A stretch of 64,000 nucleotides of DNA from Amoebidium appalachense (taxonomy: Eukaryota > Protista > Ichthyosporea): the NCBI GenBank assembly GCA_963693365.1, contig CAVNZM010000009.1, positions 9,735,743 through 9,799,742 of the forward strand. Direction: 5' to 3'. Below, piece after piece: positions 1-18,824 of the stretch (position 1 is the first letter of the stretch; each line of letters begins with the position of its first letter). The notes below the pieces were generated by a model. The model was not told where the DNA came from. It saw only the letters and a list, made by a program, of their open reading frames with translations, and searched no databases. The position numbers and the translations under genes are program-made.

Positions 1-394
1 ATATTAGTAGAAAAGAAATACGATTATACACATGAAGACAAGGAGAGAAAGAAAAGAAAATAAGGAAGGAGAAAGAGGAAGGAAAAGAGAGCACAGATCA
101 ACAAACAAGATAGTAATAGCATAATTATAACCAGAGATATTTATGTACACACGAACATGTACACGTCTCTCCCTGAGTGGGTGGATCCGTGTACACACAT
201 ATAAATATTCTAATCGATATTACAACACACGATTAAAGCCGATACAACACGATTACAAGTATACAAGCATATCGGAGATCGATGCTACACTTTACATAAT
301 AGGAGTGTGGCATATACACTAAGCATATGAACTGAAACATAACACAAACTGAGAAGATCTTACCATATGTAAATACTACGTATTACAACACGAC

Positions 395-1009
395 GTGTGT
401 GAATGTTCCTGCCCCCATATTGGGCACCCCCCACCTCCCCCACAACCTATAACGTGCATTTTATGCTTGCCCCATATCCCCTTCACACCCATACCCAGTG
501 TTTTGGTACTGACATGATCCTCGCAAACAGTCCTTTTTTTCTCGTAAATATTGGTATATCTCGTGCCCGGTTTGTCCAAAACCAACGGGAACGGGTGCAA
601 AAGATGCCCCAGGGCATGGCCCTGCTTTTTGCAAAATGGTGTTGTCCCCCAATGAATCCCCACACATCTATTAACGGTCGGGTGGACCCCCCTTGCCCCC
701 ACTATATATATTTTACGCAAAAATCGACAATTTCGGCTATCTAAACAGGCTTACCCCGTTGTGTGTGAGTGTTCCTGCCCCAATATTCGGCACCCCACAC
801 ATCCCCTACAACCCTAAACGTGCATTTTATCCTTGTCCCACACCTCCTTCACACCCATACCCAGTGGTTTTGGTGCATACATGTGTAGCGCAAAAGCACC
901 CTTTTTCACGTAATTCTTGTTATATCACAGGCCCGGTGTGTCCAAAACCAACGGGAACGGGTGCAAAGGATGCCCCAGGGCATGGCCCTGCTTTGTGCAA
1001 AATGGTGTT
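395..1009. repeat. Tandem repeat of about 368 bp, about 1.7 diverged copies
   Basis: gtgtgtga(a/g)tgttcctgccc...tccaaaaccaacgggaacgggtgcaaa(a/g)gatgccccagggcatggccctgcttt(t/g)tgcaaaatggtgtt occurs at about 395-643 and about 763-1009, directly abutting the transposase exon donor at 1011. Confidence 0.85.
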
Positions 1010-1011
1010 AC

Positions 1012-4728
<3,717 letters not shown>

Positions 4729-5562
4729 TTTCCACTGCGTGGGTGCACATGTGTCCTGTGCAAGCAGTTAGTAACCCCTCGTCGACACGTCGGGTGGACG
4801 CTGGCAACTGGTGATGTCGCAAACAGATCATTGCCTGTGCCGATTGGCTCAAAATCATTGTTTTCGCGCCGTCGCACCCACGCCATGGCCATGGTAACAG
4901 TGGACTATGCATGGAGTATTGGCTATCATGAGGTATGTACCAATATTTATTATTTAATAAATGAAAGAATTTTTATAGTTAGGTATAATTTTTTTTTCAA
5001 TATAACATTATCTCCTGCTGAAGTTCATTGTTTGACCAATTATCACATATAGAGGTACGCCATGTGGGCGCCGTTTCATTGGCCGATGCAACCATTGTAC
5101 AGTGGTGTGCCTATTTTCATGCATAGTGATATAACAGTAGTGTTTACATCAGTATTTCCATAATTGAGTATAATAATTTTAATTTTACAGTTGCGCACAC
5201 GTTTTCTACTATTACTCCTTTGCAACTACGCCTATATAATATTTCAGTTATATTTTTGGGTCGCCTCAACGCGCGAAACGGATTGGTTGGGCATCACATG
5301 TTCGCGCGGGCGTTGTGTGCGGTACATGTGCTTCGCAATACACCATTTAACATGTGGTCACATTATTTACATGATTTTAATACTAATAATATTGTTTTTT
5401 ATTTACCCGAAACCTTTTTACTTTCTATGTTAATATTATTACATATTGTGTCATGTCACACACCCAAAGGCCTCTAAAACGAACCATATTCATTGGCGAT
5501 ACATCACGAAATGAAAATGGCCGGCGGAATTATGCGTGATAGTCGCGATCATTGGTTGGCGA

Positions 5563-5574
5563 GGACCAATGAAA
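5563..5574 (+). promoter_or_regulatory. Conserved CCAAT-box motif GGACCAATGAAA upstream of accessory/JmjC gene A
   Basis: An identical 12-mer lies at the same distance (120 nt) from the predicted ATG in both module copies. Confidence 0.6.
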
Positions 5575-5693
5575 CATTTTTACAGATTGGAATGCATCCA
5601 TCCATTTCATGCACGCTCTGATTGCCATCGAATACGCTCACGTTGCCCTTTCAAGAGGCCTGTAGAAGCACCGTAGTTTTTGAAGTGGGGAAG

Positions 5694-8600
5694 ATGACCA
5701 AGGGCGTGGGCAGTAAGGCTTCGAGCAAGTCAACCACAAACAACGGTAGCCGCAAAAGCCCCCGAAAGGCCAGTCAGGGCAGTAGCAACGCCGGCAGCAA
5801 AGAGGGCAGTAAAGTGGTTGTGCCCGGTAAGGGTACTGGGGGTACTGGCCTGAAGGCACCGAAGCCACAGGTGAAGGTACGCAGCAAGGCTGAGCAGAAT
5901 GCCCAGCGCATCATGCAGGGCATTGACACGACACCTGCATCCTACCGGCCGCGCAAAAAAGGTGAGGGGTGCTTACTGTTAGTGTTTGTGACGTACTTGG
6001 GTGCCCATATAAGTAGCAGTGTGAAAGCTTTTCCTGTTCAGTTTACCGTTGTTGCCATGTAGTCGGCATAACACGTTTCGCTGGTCACGTAGAAGATGCG
6101 GGTCTCCCAGCAGCAAGCATTCTCGTTTGTGGTTACAAAGTTTGGTTCGTGCATCCACCATGGCAATACCCACGCATCCTCGAACTTGCCCGCCAAGGCA
6201 TCCCTGGATTGGCATGCGAGAATCCTTTGCAGCACAAGTGTTTTCTTCCCCTCTCTGTTTCGTTTCTCATATCACAGGGACTAGCCCCTGAGGTTGTTGT
6301 TCAGGGCCCAGGAGACCTTATTCAAACAACACCGCTTGCACTGCACTATGGGTTTCAGTGCGGGCCAAACGTATCGTTTGCGGTGAACACTGCCACAAAG
6401 AAGTGGTTAAACCGCTTGGGAGAATACGAGGCGTGTAGCTGCTGGGAGCATTTCATGCCCGACGTCCCAAAGATGATTCGTGCGTTTCACTCAGTTCAAC
6501 AGCACAATTTGCCCGTTGCTTGTGGTGCATTCCCCCCCCCCCCCCCCCCCCCCCGTCCCGCCCGCACCAGCGCAACCACCTAGTGATAGGGTATTACGGC
6601 ATGAAAAGTTTACGTTTTGACCTATAGTGTACACGCTGTGCACCACCGCAACCACTTAGTCATACCGTATTACGACATGAAAAGTTTAGGGGTCGACCCA
6701 TAGTGTACACTGTGCTTCAAGTTATATTCAGTTTTTGTTTTGTACACTGTGCGTGTATATGTGTCCTTGCAGGTCATTTACAGTCCCGACTTATGCGATG
6801 ATGGTGTGTGATTGGTGAATCTTTGTCTGTTTTTGCGTGCAATGTTTCATAAGCAACCCCTCACCCTCACAACATAGATCCTCCTCCTGAGCCGGACTTC
6901 GGCAGCAACAGTTCGGAGAGCGACTATGCGCCCGGGGGAAGCGAGTCGGAGGAGTCGGAGGAGTCTGAGGAGACGACCCCCAAGGGCGACAACAAGAAGT
7001 CCCGCCCCAAGAAGCAGGGCCCGCCGGCGGACGATGCGGTCCTCAGCGACCCCCTGAGGATGACCTATTACAGGGTCATCCACTCCGAAAGGTATGTGTG
7101 TGTGTTTGTTATGTGAATCATGTTGTTGTTATGTATAATATGGTGTTGGTAATGTGTTTTGTGTTAACAATGTGTGTGCTTGTTATGTGAATCATGTTTG
7201 TGTTATGCCAATATGGTGTTGGTATTGTGTTTTGTGTTAACACTGTATTACTCTGCCGGCATTTGGTATGGTATGGTTTGGTGAGGTAGTGCCCCCCTGT
7301 ATTGTCAAGTTGGGCTGTCCTTTTTTTTTTTGGCCTCATACACATACACACAGCTCTTGTTACTCTTCTGTCAAGGGATTAGCATATGTCTAGTTTAGTT
7401 AGGTTGGGAGCTTCTTAGAAATCCGTATATTAGTTTGCTTGTTTTGACTTTTGTTTATGTTCGCTTGCTGCTCTTTTATACTCCTTTTCTTTCCCCCCTG
7501 CCCCCCCCCCCCCTCCCCCCCCCCAAAAAAAACAAAAAACAAAAAACAAAAACAAAAAAACACACACACACACACACACACACACCCACCCCACCACCTC
7601 TCACCACCAACATTCACCCACATCAAACCCCCTAATGCGAAATCTAATAACAATATACCGAACCAGCATACATACATGCACGTGTGGATGGACACACGAT
7701 CACAAAACATTTCTGGAAACAAAATGTAACCATTAAAACCATGAATTTACCACAGATTCGAGTTTCTGCCTGCCGACAAGCGGTTCTCAACCATGAAGGG
7801 TATCCCCGACGAGGAGATGCGCCTGGCCCTCAAGGCCCGCGGCATCGTCATCGACGAGGCCGGCAACCGCAAGACTGGTGCAAGCGGTGGGAAGGCCAGC
7901 ACCGGCTCGGCCAAGCGCGGGGGGGCAACGTCAGACGACGAAGCTCTCACCGGTCCAAACCGTCGACAAACTGGTATGTAAATTGTTGTAACACAAGAGT
8001 TTACTTACTGAGAATTTGTTGAAGCCTTGTGGTTCATAAAAGTCAACATACATCATGCCGACCTCTTAGGAATCCTCGTAATGTCCGTGCGGTCCCTGGC
8101 AATAGATCCTTATATGATATCATCTCGAGTATTTTCTGACATTCCATGAATGTCTTAATTGGGTTGACGACATCTTATGAATCCTCGTAATATCTGTACG
8201 ATCCCTCCAATAGATCCTTATATGACATCGTCTCGAGTATTTTTTGACATTCCAATAATATCTTAACTGGGTCAGCGACATTAAATTCATCATATACATT
8301 AATCGTATAATATCGAAGGTGCCTTGTCTTGTTTTGTGTTAACACACCATCACCCCATGCATCCAAGGGGAAATTGTGTGTACCCTGTGTTGGATAACGG
8401 CAGTAAGCACACAACATACGGTGTGCGACAAACTTACACCAATATGATTTGCCCTATGCAGTTCGAATTCACCGAGGGGCTGTCCAAGTCCCATCCCATC
8501 TTTCAAGTGATGGCGATGAAGTTCCCGTTCTCCAACGAGGGCCAGAGCAACATCCCCGTGTGCAACGCGTTCCTGGAGTGCATCAACCTGACGAACCGGA

Positions 8601-10486
8601 GCTTGTACGCCACCCTGTCGGGGGAGGGTATCGAAGACTGGGTTCAGCTGCTGAGCAGGTGCGCCAGGGGCTCCCGGGCCCAGAAAGTTGTCTCCATCAT
8701 CCGTGCAGGGCTCACCGCGTGCAAGTCAGAGGTGAACCGGGGCATGCACACCGCCATGCGCAGCTACATTGTGCCAGGGACAAACCAAGATGTATGTGAT
8801 GACTTTTTTCCCACACCGTCTGCATGTCGTGAATCTGCTTGGGTTTTGCTCATGGCTGAATCATCTTGCAATTCATGATCGATATGTTGGCAGCTTGATG
8901 ATTGTGTCTTCAAATGACAAAGGGTAACAATAAAGACAGGTTTTTTCATACGGGTTTGCATACAAACTGCAACAGGTGCCGTGAGACTCACAACTAATCC
9001 CCCCCCCCCCCCCCCCCTCCCCCCCCCCCACAAACACACAATACACATACACACACCTGCACACACAGGCACATTTACATGTAACACGCACACACACGCA
9101 CACACACACTCTCACACACGATGCACATGTTACACAGCACTATAGTGGTTTTAATTTGCACTTCCACAAACACATTAGGGTTTTATTTGTGGAAATTATT
9201 GACATAAATATTTTTCTGGGTAAACACGTAGGATGGGTGTCCGATATCAACAGGCTTCGTTTCATGTTTTAGCAGTTCGCGTTCGGCTGCCCGCATACGG
9301 GCACCTATTAGCCGATCAAAGCATCAGATTCCACAGATCACTAGACCGAGTTTGATTGGCTCAGGATAAGATTTCACATAACACTAGATCGGTTTTGATT
9401 GGCTCAGTTCGGCAGCCTTAGGTATATAAGCACGACAGTTTTTAGCAGATCAGCAAGCAACAACACATCCTCTGTGTTTAGCACCTACAGCTTTACAGCT
9501 ATATTTTCTTTTTCTTTTCTTCTCCCTATCTTTCCCTACGCCGGTCAGCATGCCGCCGAAAAAGCGCCAGGCCTCAGCCGCCGCCCCTACCGCGGCACCT
9601 AAGCGCCTAACCCGCAGCGACCTCCGCCACAGGCTGACCAACGCATCACTCGCCTCAGCACCCGATACCCGTGGACCCAGATCCACAACTATGACGTATA
9701 CGCCCGAACCGTTGCCCACCAACAGGGTCGGGCTCCGATCGAGTGTCCCAACCTGCTCGCCCAACTCCACCAGGATCTCCTCCTGCCACCCACTCTGCTC
9801 ATCCCGGACGCATGTCAGCGTTGCGGCTTCCCCGACCACCCCAGCGCGGCCTGCCCCATGTACCCCAAGCCCGGCTGTGGTCTTGATGGTTTCGAGCCCC
9901 CCCACAAGCCCGGCGGGGGACAAACCCCCAACCGACCCGGCCCGCAACCCGGCCCGGCACCACCGGCCCGACCCGTGGATCTACCCGCAACACACTGCAG
10001 GAATTTCCACAACGGTCGGTCCTGCGCTAAGCAGCCCTGCCCCTTCTCCCACGTGTGCCCGCTCTGCTCTGGCACACACCCCCGCAAAGACTGCAAGCAC
10101 AATGCCTAGTCTACGCGCACACCCACACCCACAGATAGAACATAGGGGCTAGGAGCTAGGTTACACGGGTCCAAGGACACGGAGCTCGGGAAAAACGGGG
10201 CACTAGGGCTGAGTAACATTTTTCGCAGGCCAACTACGGCGCCCGCGCGCGCCAAGAATAAATGTCCCTACACAAAGACGTTATTCTGGCCACTGCACAT
10301 AAATTTACTCCCCCCCATCCCACGAGCCTCCCCCCCTTACACTCACCTAGCGCTCCCTCCCTTCTTCTAACTCTGTGTACGCCCACACCCGCGCGTGCTC
10401 GGGCATCCCCTGCACAGGGCCCCGCTGCCCTCCCTGCAAACCCTCCCTCGGGCCCAGCTGCCCTACTCTAACCCCCCGGGGCCCTG

Positions 10487-10523
<37 letters not shown>

Positions 10524-10951
10524 ATGCCGGGATCTCCCCGAGGGTGCCCCACCCTTGCTAACCACCCCTTCCCCCGAGGCTCAGCCCCGGTGGCCCGCCC
10601 GCTGCCCCAGCACCACGTTGACACCTCCCGCCTCTGGGAGCTGCTGGCCCCCCTACCCAGCCCAATCATTCGCCGCGCAGCTCCTCCGTAACCAACTTCC
10701 CCGGACCCGACGACTCCGACCTTACCTGCAACCGGAGCCCTGCCCCTTCCCCTTCTGGGTCCACAAGTTCCTATCCCTTCCCCTGGGCTCACCCCCCCCC
10801 CCCCCCCCCCCCAGATCTCCCCTTCCGGAGCAACGCTGGCCGATTGGCCCCCCACTTTGCTCCGGCCGAGCTGCTTCGTGCCACCACTACCCTGCAGGAA
10901 TGCCAGGCCCTGAGTCTCAACCTCGACTCTCGGGCCTTTTACTCCAGGGTA

Positions 10952-10990
<39 letters not shown>

Positions 10991-13968
10991 GTTCATCGAT
11001 TTTTGTGTGGCATCTCGGCTGCAATCCTCCGCCGGGTCCTCCCTCCCGGCCTCCCCCCACACCGTGCAGCTTTTTTCTCGCCTGGTGTGCCCAACGAGGG
11101 GTACAGGCCTCTTCCTTGGCCGGCTACAATTCAGCCATCACCAGACTCCACCTCGACATGGGCCTCCCTGCTCCCTACCCCCACGACAAGTCTCTGGCCT
11201 GGTTCTTCCGAGGGGTGGGCAGATGGCAGCTTTCTCACAACATCCGACCCCGATCATCCACCAGGGAGCCCCTCCTGCCCTCCCACCTTAGCCTACTCCA
11301 TGACCAGTGCCCCACCAAGGCCTCCTCGGCTAATCTACGGCTATGGACGGCCCTCATCGTCGGTTTCTGTGGTCTCCTCCGTTCGGGGGAATTTACCTCC
11401 AAAACCCTGACTTCCTTTGACCCGTCCCGTCACGTTAAACGGAAAGACGTGACCTTCACCTACACCCCCACCGGTACTTTGTCCCATGCCACCCTCCACC
11501 TGCCAACCTCTAAGACGGATGTACAGGCCCGAGGTGTCAACGTCACTCTAGCTGCCCTGCCCCTCACCCACTTCTCCCCAGCCCATCTCCTCCGGCAGTT
11601 CCTGGATACAACGTCCGGTCAACCCAACGACCCCCTCTTCAGTCTCGGTGGCATCCCCTACACCAAGAGTGCTTTCTCTGCCGACAAGCATACTGCTCTC
11701 GTGCCGTGGTTTACAACCATTGCAGGTTCACTTTCGTCCAAGGGGATGTCCCCCTAGAGGCAACACACGTCCCGGAGTAGTTTTCATAGAGGTTTTATTT
11801 GTGGAAATTATTGACATAAATATTTTTCTGGGTAAACACGTAGGATGGGTGTCCGATATCAACAGGCTTCGTTTCATGTTTTAGCAGTTCGCGTTCGGCT
11901 GCCCGCATACGGGCACCTATTAGCCGATCAAAGCATCAGATTCCACAGATCACTAGACCGAGTTTGATTGGCTCAGGATAAGATTTCACATAACACTAGA
12001 TCGGTTTTGATTGGCTCAGTTCGGCAGCCTTAGGTATATAAGCACGACAGTTTTTAGCAGATCAGCAAGCAACAACACATCCTCTGTGTTTAGCACCTAC
12101 AGCTTTACAGCTATATTTTCTTTTTCACCCACCCACCTACACCCTACACTCAACCCCCATTGATCCCCACATACGTGCTGTTTTTTCACGGGGCGAAGAC
12201 TTCCCCCGTTTTTTTTGGGCACAAGGACCTCACGGATCAATAAATTGATGACTGGGGGCTTGCCGTGGTTTACAACCATTGCAGGTTCACTTTCGTCCAA
12301 GGGGATGTCCCCCTAGAGGCAACACACGTCCCGGAGTAGTTTTCATAGATGCATACATACACAGCTGTTCCAGGTTGCACCGGTCAACTCCGCAGACCTT
12401 GCCGAGTTGGCCGAGCAGATCAAGTTTCGCCGCACGACTTGGGAGGGCTACATGGCGGTGCACCAGACCAACGGCCTGCCCTGCGGCCGCAAGTACAGCG
12501 TGGACCCCGTAACCGGCAACCCGTGGGGCAACTCGTCGCTCTACCGCATCATGTGCCTGGCCCCCATCAACGGGTCATTGATCAAGGAGCGCCTCGGCAA
12601 GTTCAAGACCCTCAACGTGGGTCCCCCCCCCCCCCCCCCCCCCCCCCCTTGAGAAACTCATTCTCTTCGGAGGTGTAGGAGCACCCCTAGTGATGGGATC
12701 TGGCTAACTGTTCCTTGCTTTGCATATTCCTTGCCGAGAGATTTGTTTCTGTTTCTTTTTCCTTTTTTTTTCCCGTTAATTTTTTTTTTTTTTTCTTACC
12801 TTTTTTTTTTTTTGTGCAAGTGGGTCCCCCCCCCCCCCCCCCCCCCCCCCCTCCTCCCCCAAAGAATGTACGCATCAATATGCAGACATGATTTAGCCAC
12901 ACCCAAACCTGACCCTCTGAAGGTGGGCGGCCCAGCAACTTCTTTACCACATATTGTTATACAGTGTACCTTCAACCTTATGTTGGTGTAAATTCTCATC
13001 AACCATCCCCCCTCCCCCCCCCCCCCCCCCTCCTCCTTTCTCAACGTCTCGCACACCTCCCCTATTACACACACACCACTCCCCATTCACACACGCACAC
13101 ACACACACACACACACATACACTTGCACACACACACTCACACACAGAAATTCCAGAAGGAGTTGCCCGACTTGTTCAGCTTCATGCTGCACACGTTCGAG
13201 TGTGGGTTGCGTGACCCTGTCGCGCACAAGTCGGGCACCCACATCAAGTGGTCCGCTGTGGTGTACCACGCCGACCAGCCAGACTACGAGGGCGGGGCCC
13301 ACCCGGCAGAGATAGCAAGGGTAAGTTTTTTGTGCAACTATCCGAACGTGTTCGGATGATCTGATCAGCACTATGATGTACTCGAGTGTGTGTTTTTGTG
13401 TTCATTAGATGCTAATAACATGTCTTCATGGGTCATTGTTTCTAAACGATGCTCTTCAGGTGGTCTACTAGATGTTCCCACATACTTGTAATATGGGATT
13501 TATATGGACATAAGGACAGTCTTGTGTATATCAGTCTTTGAGTTTCCGAGGTATGCGTGTTAGAGCTGTGACCTTGACTATGTCAAATACATATAATAAT
13601 GTTCTCATAACTACACTTCATATTCCCCCACTAACCCCCCCCCCCCCCCCCCCTAGAACGTCAAAAACTGGGACAAGATCTCCAAGGCCCGTGCCGATGC
13701 GGTGAAAGATCTGGACCTGGCGGATGACTACAAGGCCAACAAGAACGCCAAGCAGCAGGACGCTGCAAAGGAGAGGGGCCCCAAGTCTGTCAAGCGGACT
13801 AGGGAAGACGTCGACGACAGCAGCGAGGCCCAGGGCGGTGGCCTAAGCAAGAAGGGCAAGAGTACGGTTGGGTCGCCGGTAGCCCCGGCCCCGGCTCCCA
13901 ACCAGCAAGGTGATGAAGAGGGTGGTGAGGAGGAAAATGGGGGGGTTGAGGGAGGGGGGATGGCGTGA
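5694..13968 (+). CDS. Transposon accessory gene A, unknown function (basic N-terminus, acidic linker, conserved helical C-terminal domain)
   Basis: Exons about 5694-5961, 6878-7091, 7756-7973, 8462-8791, 12365-12616, 13147-13320 and 13657-13968. Motifs YIVPGTNQD, PCGRKYSVDPVTGNPWG and YEGGAHP match copy B. One probable frameshift in the G-run near 7920. An intron contains Ngaro copy 1. Confidence 0.75.
6063..6583 (+). CDS. KDM4-like JmjC domain (C-terminal catalytic half only), nested in intron 1 of accessory gene A
   Basis: Frame reads FAGHVEDAG...YKVWFVHPP...CENPLQHK...VQGPGDLIQTTPLALHYGFQCGPNVSFAVN...ACSC, giving the HxE...H iron triad and the C-x5-H...CxC zinc site. A phase-1 acceptor catgtag| at 6062 fits the donor at 5962. 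The N-terminal JmjN/YGAD-type region present in copy B is missing. Confidence 0.85.
8070..8282. repeat. Two tandem units of about 110 bp in an intron
   Basis: gaatcctcgtaat...caatagatccttatatga(t/c)atc(a/g)tctcgagtatttt...gacattcca occurs twice. Confidence 0.85.
9179..12349 (+). mobile_element. Ngaro/DIRS-type YR retrotransposon copy 1, internally deleted (non-autonomous)
   Basis: A1 starts at 9179, B1 11702-11790, A2 11791-about 12126, B2 about 12261-12349. There are deletions in gag (about 9643), RT (about 10688) and the YR 3' end (about 11685), and a poly-A expansion at about 10953-10988. Confidence 0.95.
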
Positions 13969-15490
13969 AGGGCGATGAGAAGGTGGAGGAGGAATTGGAT
14001 GAAGAAAATGGGGAAGGGGGGCAAACTTTGAAGCGTGAGAGATCTGAGAGTGAGGAGGAGAGCGAGGATGAGGAAGGAGGGACATCAGCAAACTTCCCGG
14101 CGGTATTGCCAATATTGTGAGGCTATTATCTATTGCCAATATCGTAAAAATATCAGATTAATACTGAAGTAATATCAATTATCCATTGCCAATGTATTGC
14201 GAGTAGAGATTTTCTGTGGTAGAGACGCTATAGAAGTGTAATAGAACTGTAATATTGACGTAATATCGGCAACATATTTTGACATTATTGTCATACCATG
14301 CCGGGTCTACCACCAATAACTATATACCGTATGAGTAATGTACTGGCAATATCTCAAAACGCGTGTAGGTGTGCCTATTAACAATACAAGTTCGATATTG
14401 TCAATGTATTTATTCGGTATTATACTATTGCTTGCGGAGTATTGTCAATAAGTTATGAATATATAAAATGTAGGATAATTTTGTGTCAAATTATGGTATT
14501 GTCCAACGTGGCAAGACTATTGCCACTATATTATGAATGTATTATTCCTGACCATTTTGGGTTATTGGCAATATACCCAACACATATGTCCCATATGGCC
14601 GATACAAACATAACGTCGCTATTGGTTATAGGGTTGTGATATGCTTATAATAGGGTCTCAATACGGTCCAAATGTATTGCCAATGTATCCGTCACAATAT
14701 CAAGACTATTATGCACCTATTATCAATAGGTAAAAGCAACCGAAAATATGGGGCGTGTATTTTATTGCCAATATATTGGTACAATATTGGGGATGAAAGA
14801 ACAGGTCACTTTACCTATGTAGTTGCAATATTGTGAATGACTTGCCAACACATGTTCAACAAACATGTTCGGAGTGTAGTCCTTGTATGCACAGTACATT
14901 GCTAATACCGTGGTATTAGGGTGGACATATACTGACATTATGTAGATCATAACCTACCCATATCACATCCATATTAGTAGGACATAAACATGATATAGCA
15001 AGAAAACTTTTATCCTATTGCGAATATCTAAGGCACAAGTGGTATTGGCAATGTCACGAATACATCTATAATACTGTCACCAATACGGACACAGCTAAGG
15101 ACACCATATATTGGTTATAGTCTCAGTATATACTGCCAGTATGTTCGAATGCGAACAAATCATTACGTAGGAGGTACTATCAATATACTACCAGTACCTG
15201 TACGATATACACACGTCATATACAATACATTTGCAGTATAATATGGGTGCATTTCCGTACCAAGATTGAGAAGGGCAACGGCCATAACAAGTGGTCCTCA
15301 CGTTTTTAGCACCTCAAAATATAAAAGTTCTTTGTTTTGAATACTGTTCCTGGGGAGGATGTTCCCGTGGTCCGTGGTACAAACGTCACCGAACGTCCTA
15401 CCATTAAACTTTTCACCAGCCTACATCCTGTGTAAGCGGTAGGGTATAAAACTTGAAGTAGCATAAAGGATAATACAGGAAAGTAATGAC

Positions 15491-15537
<47 letters not shown>

Positions 15538-15813
15538 CCCAACCCAACCCTAAAAAAAATATAAAAAAAACCTGGAGGAATAGAGTAAAAATTCTGAAAT
15601 GCAAATCTAAGAGAACTCGCAGTCCCTACACACGTCCCCGAGACGCATCAAAGTTTACAGCATCCCCCCCCTCCTCCCCCTCCATTTTGTTTTAGTCCTA
15701 TGTCTTTATGCCCCCTTGTTACTTGCAATACTTTTCTTTCTTCGAAACATCCCTCACTCCCCTCACCCCCTTCCCCCCCAAACCCATCACCACGGACGCT
15801 GCCAGTGTAACCA

Positions 15814-18195
<2,382 letters not shown>

Positions 18196-18547
18196 TATAA
18201 CCCTCTCTTCTCTTATGTAGTATCGTAGGAACGCTGGACAAAGGTACTACACGGGTGTTGGTTGGATGATGACAGTACATGTACCAGTGGGATAGATGCT
18301 GTTTACTCCAGGCAATGTACCAGTGTGTCGATTGATTTAGCTAATATTAGATCTATGTTTAGCTGTGTGTTGTTTTTTCTCCTTTTTGTATTTAAGGCCT
18401 GGCCGGCCTCATAAAATGCTATCTAATCTTACTCGAGATCGAGCTTTTTTGGCCTTGAAGGCCGATCTTAATAAAGTACTGTGAATGTGTCCCCTGATGA
18501 GGGACTCTAGTCGATATATCTGCAAAACGACCCCCCCCCCCCCCCCT

Positions 18548-18590
<43 letters not shown>

Positions 18591-18824
18591 AAAACAAACA
18601 AAAAAGAAAGAAAAAAAGAGCGAGAGAATCCTTGTTTCTCGTATGTTACCAGCACGTAAGCAAGTATTTTATTCATTCACAATACATTGTTAGGTATGTG
18701 TAGTATATTATGGTGTTATTATTTTTTGGTTTACAATATGGTGTCCACATTCCCAATATATCGTTATTGTCGACCAACTACTATGGTAGTGTAATGCTAT
18801 GATGACAATTTGTGCATGCGTTAC

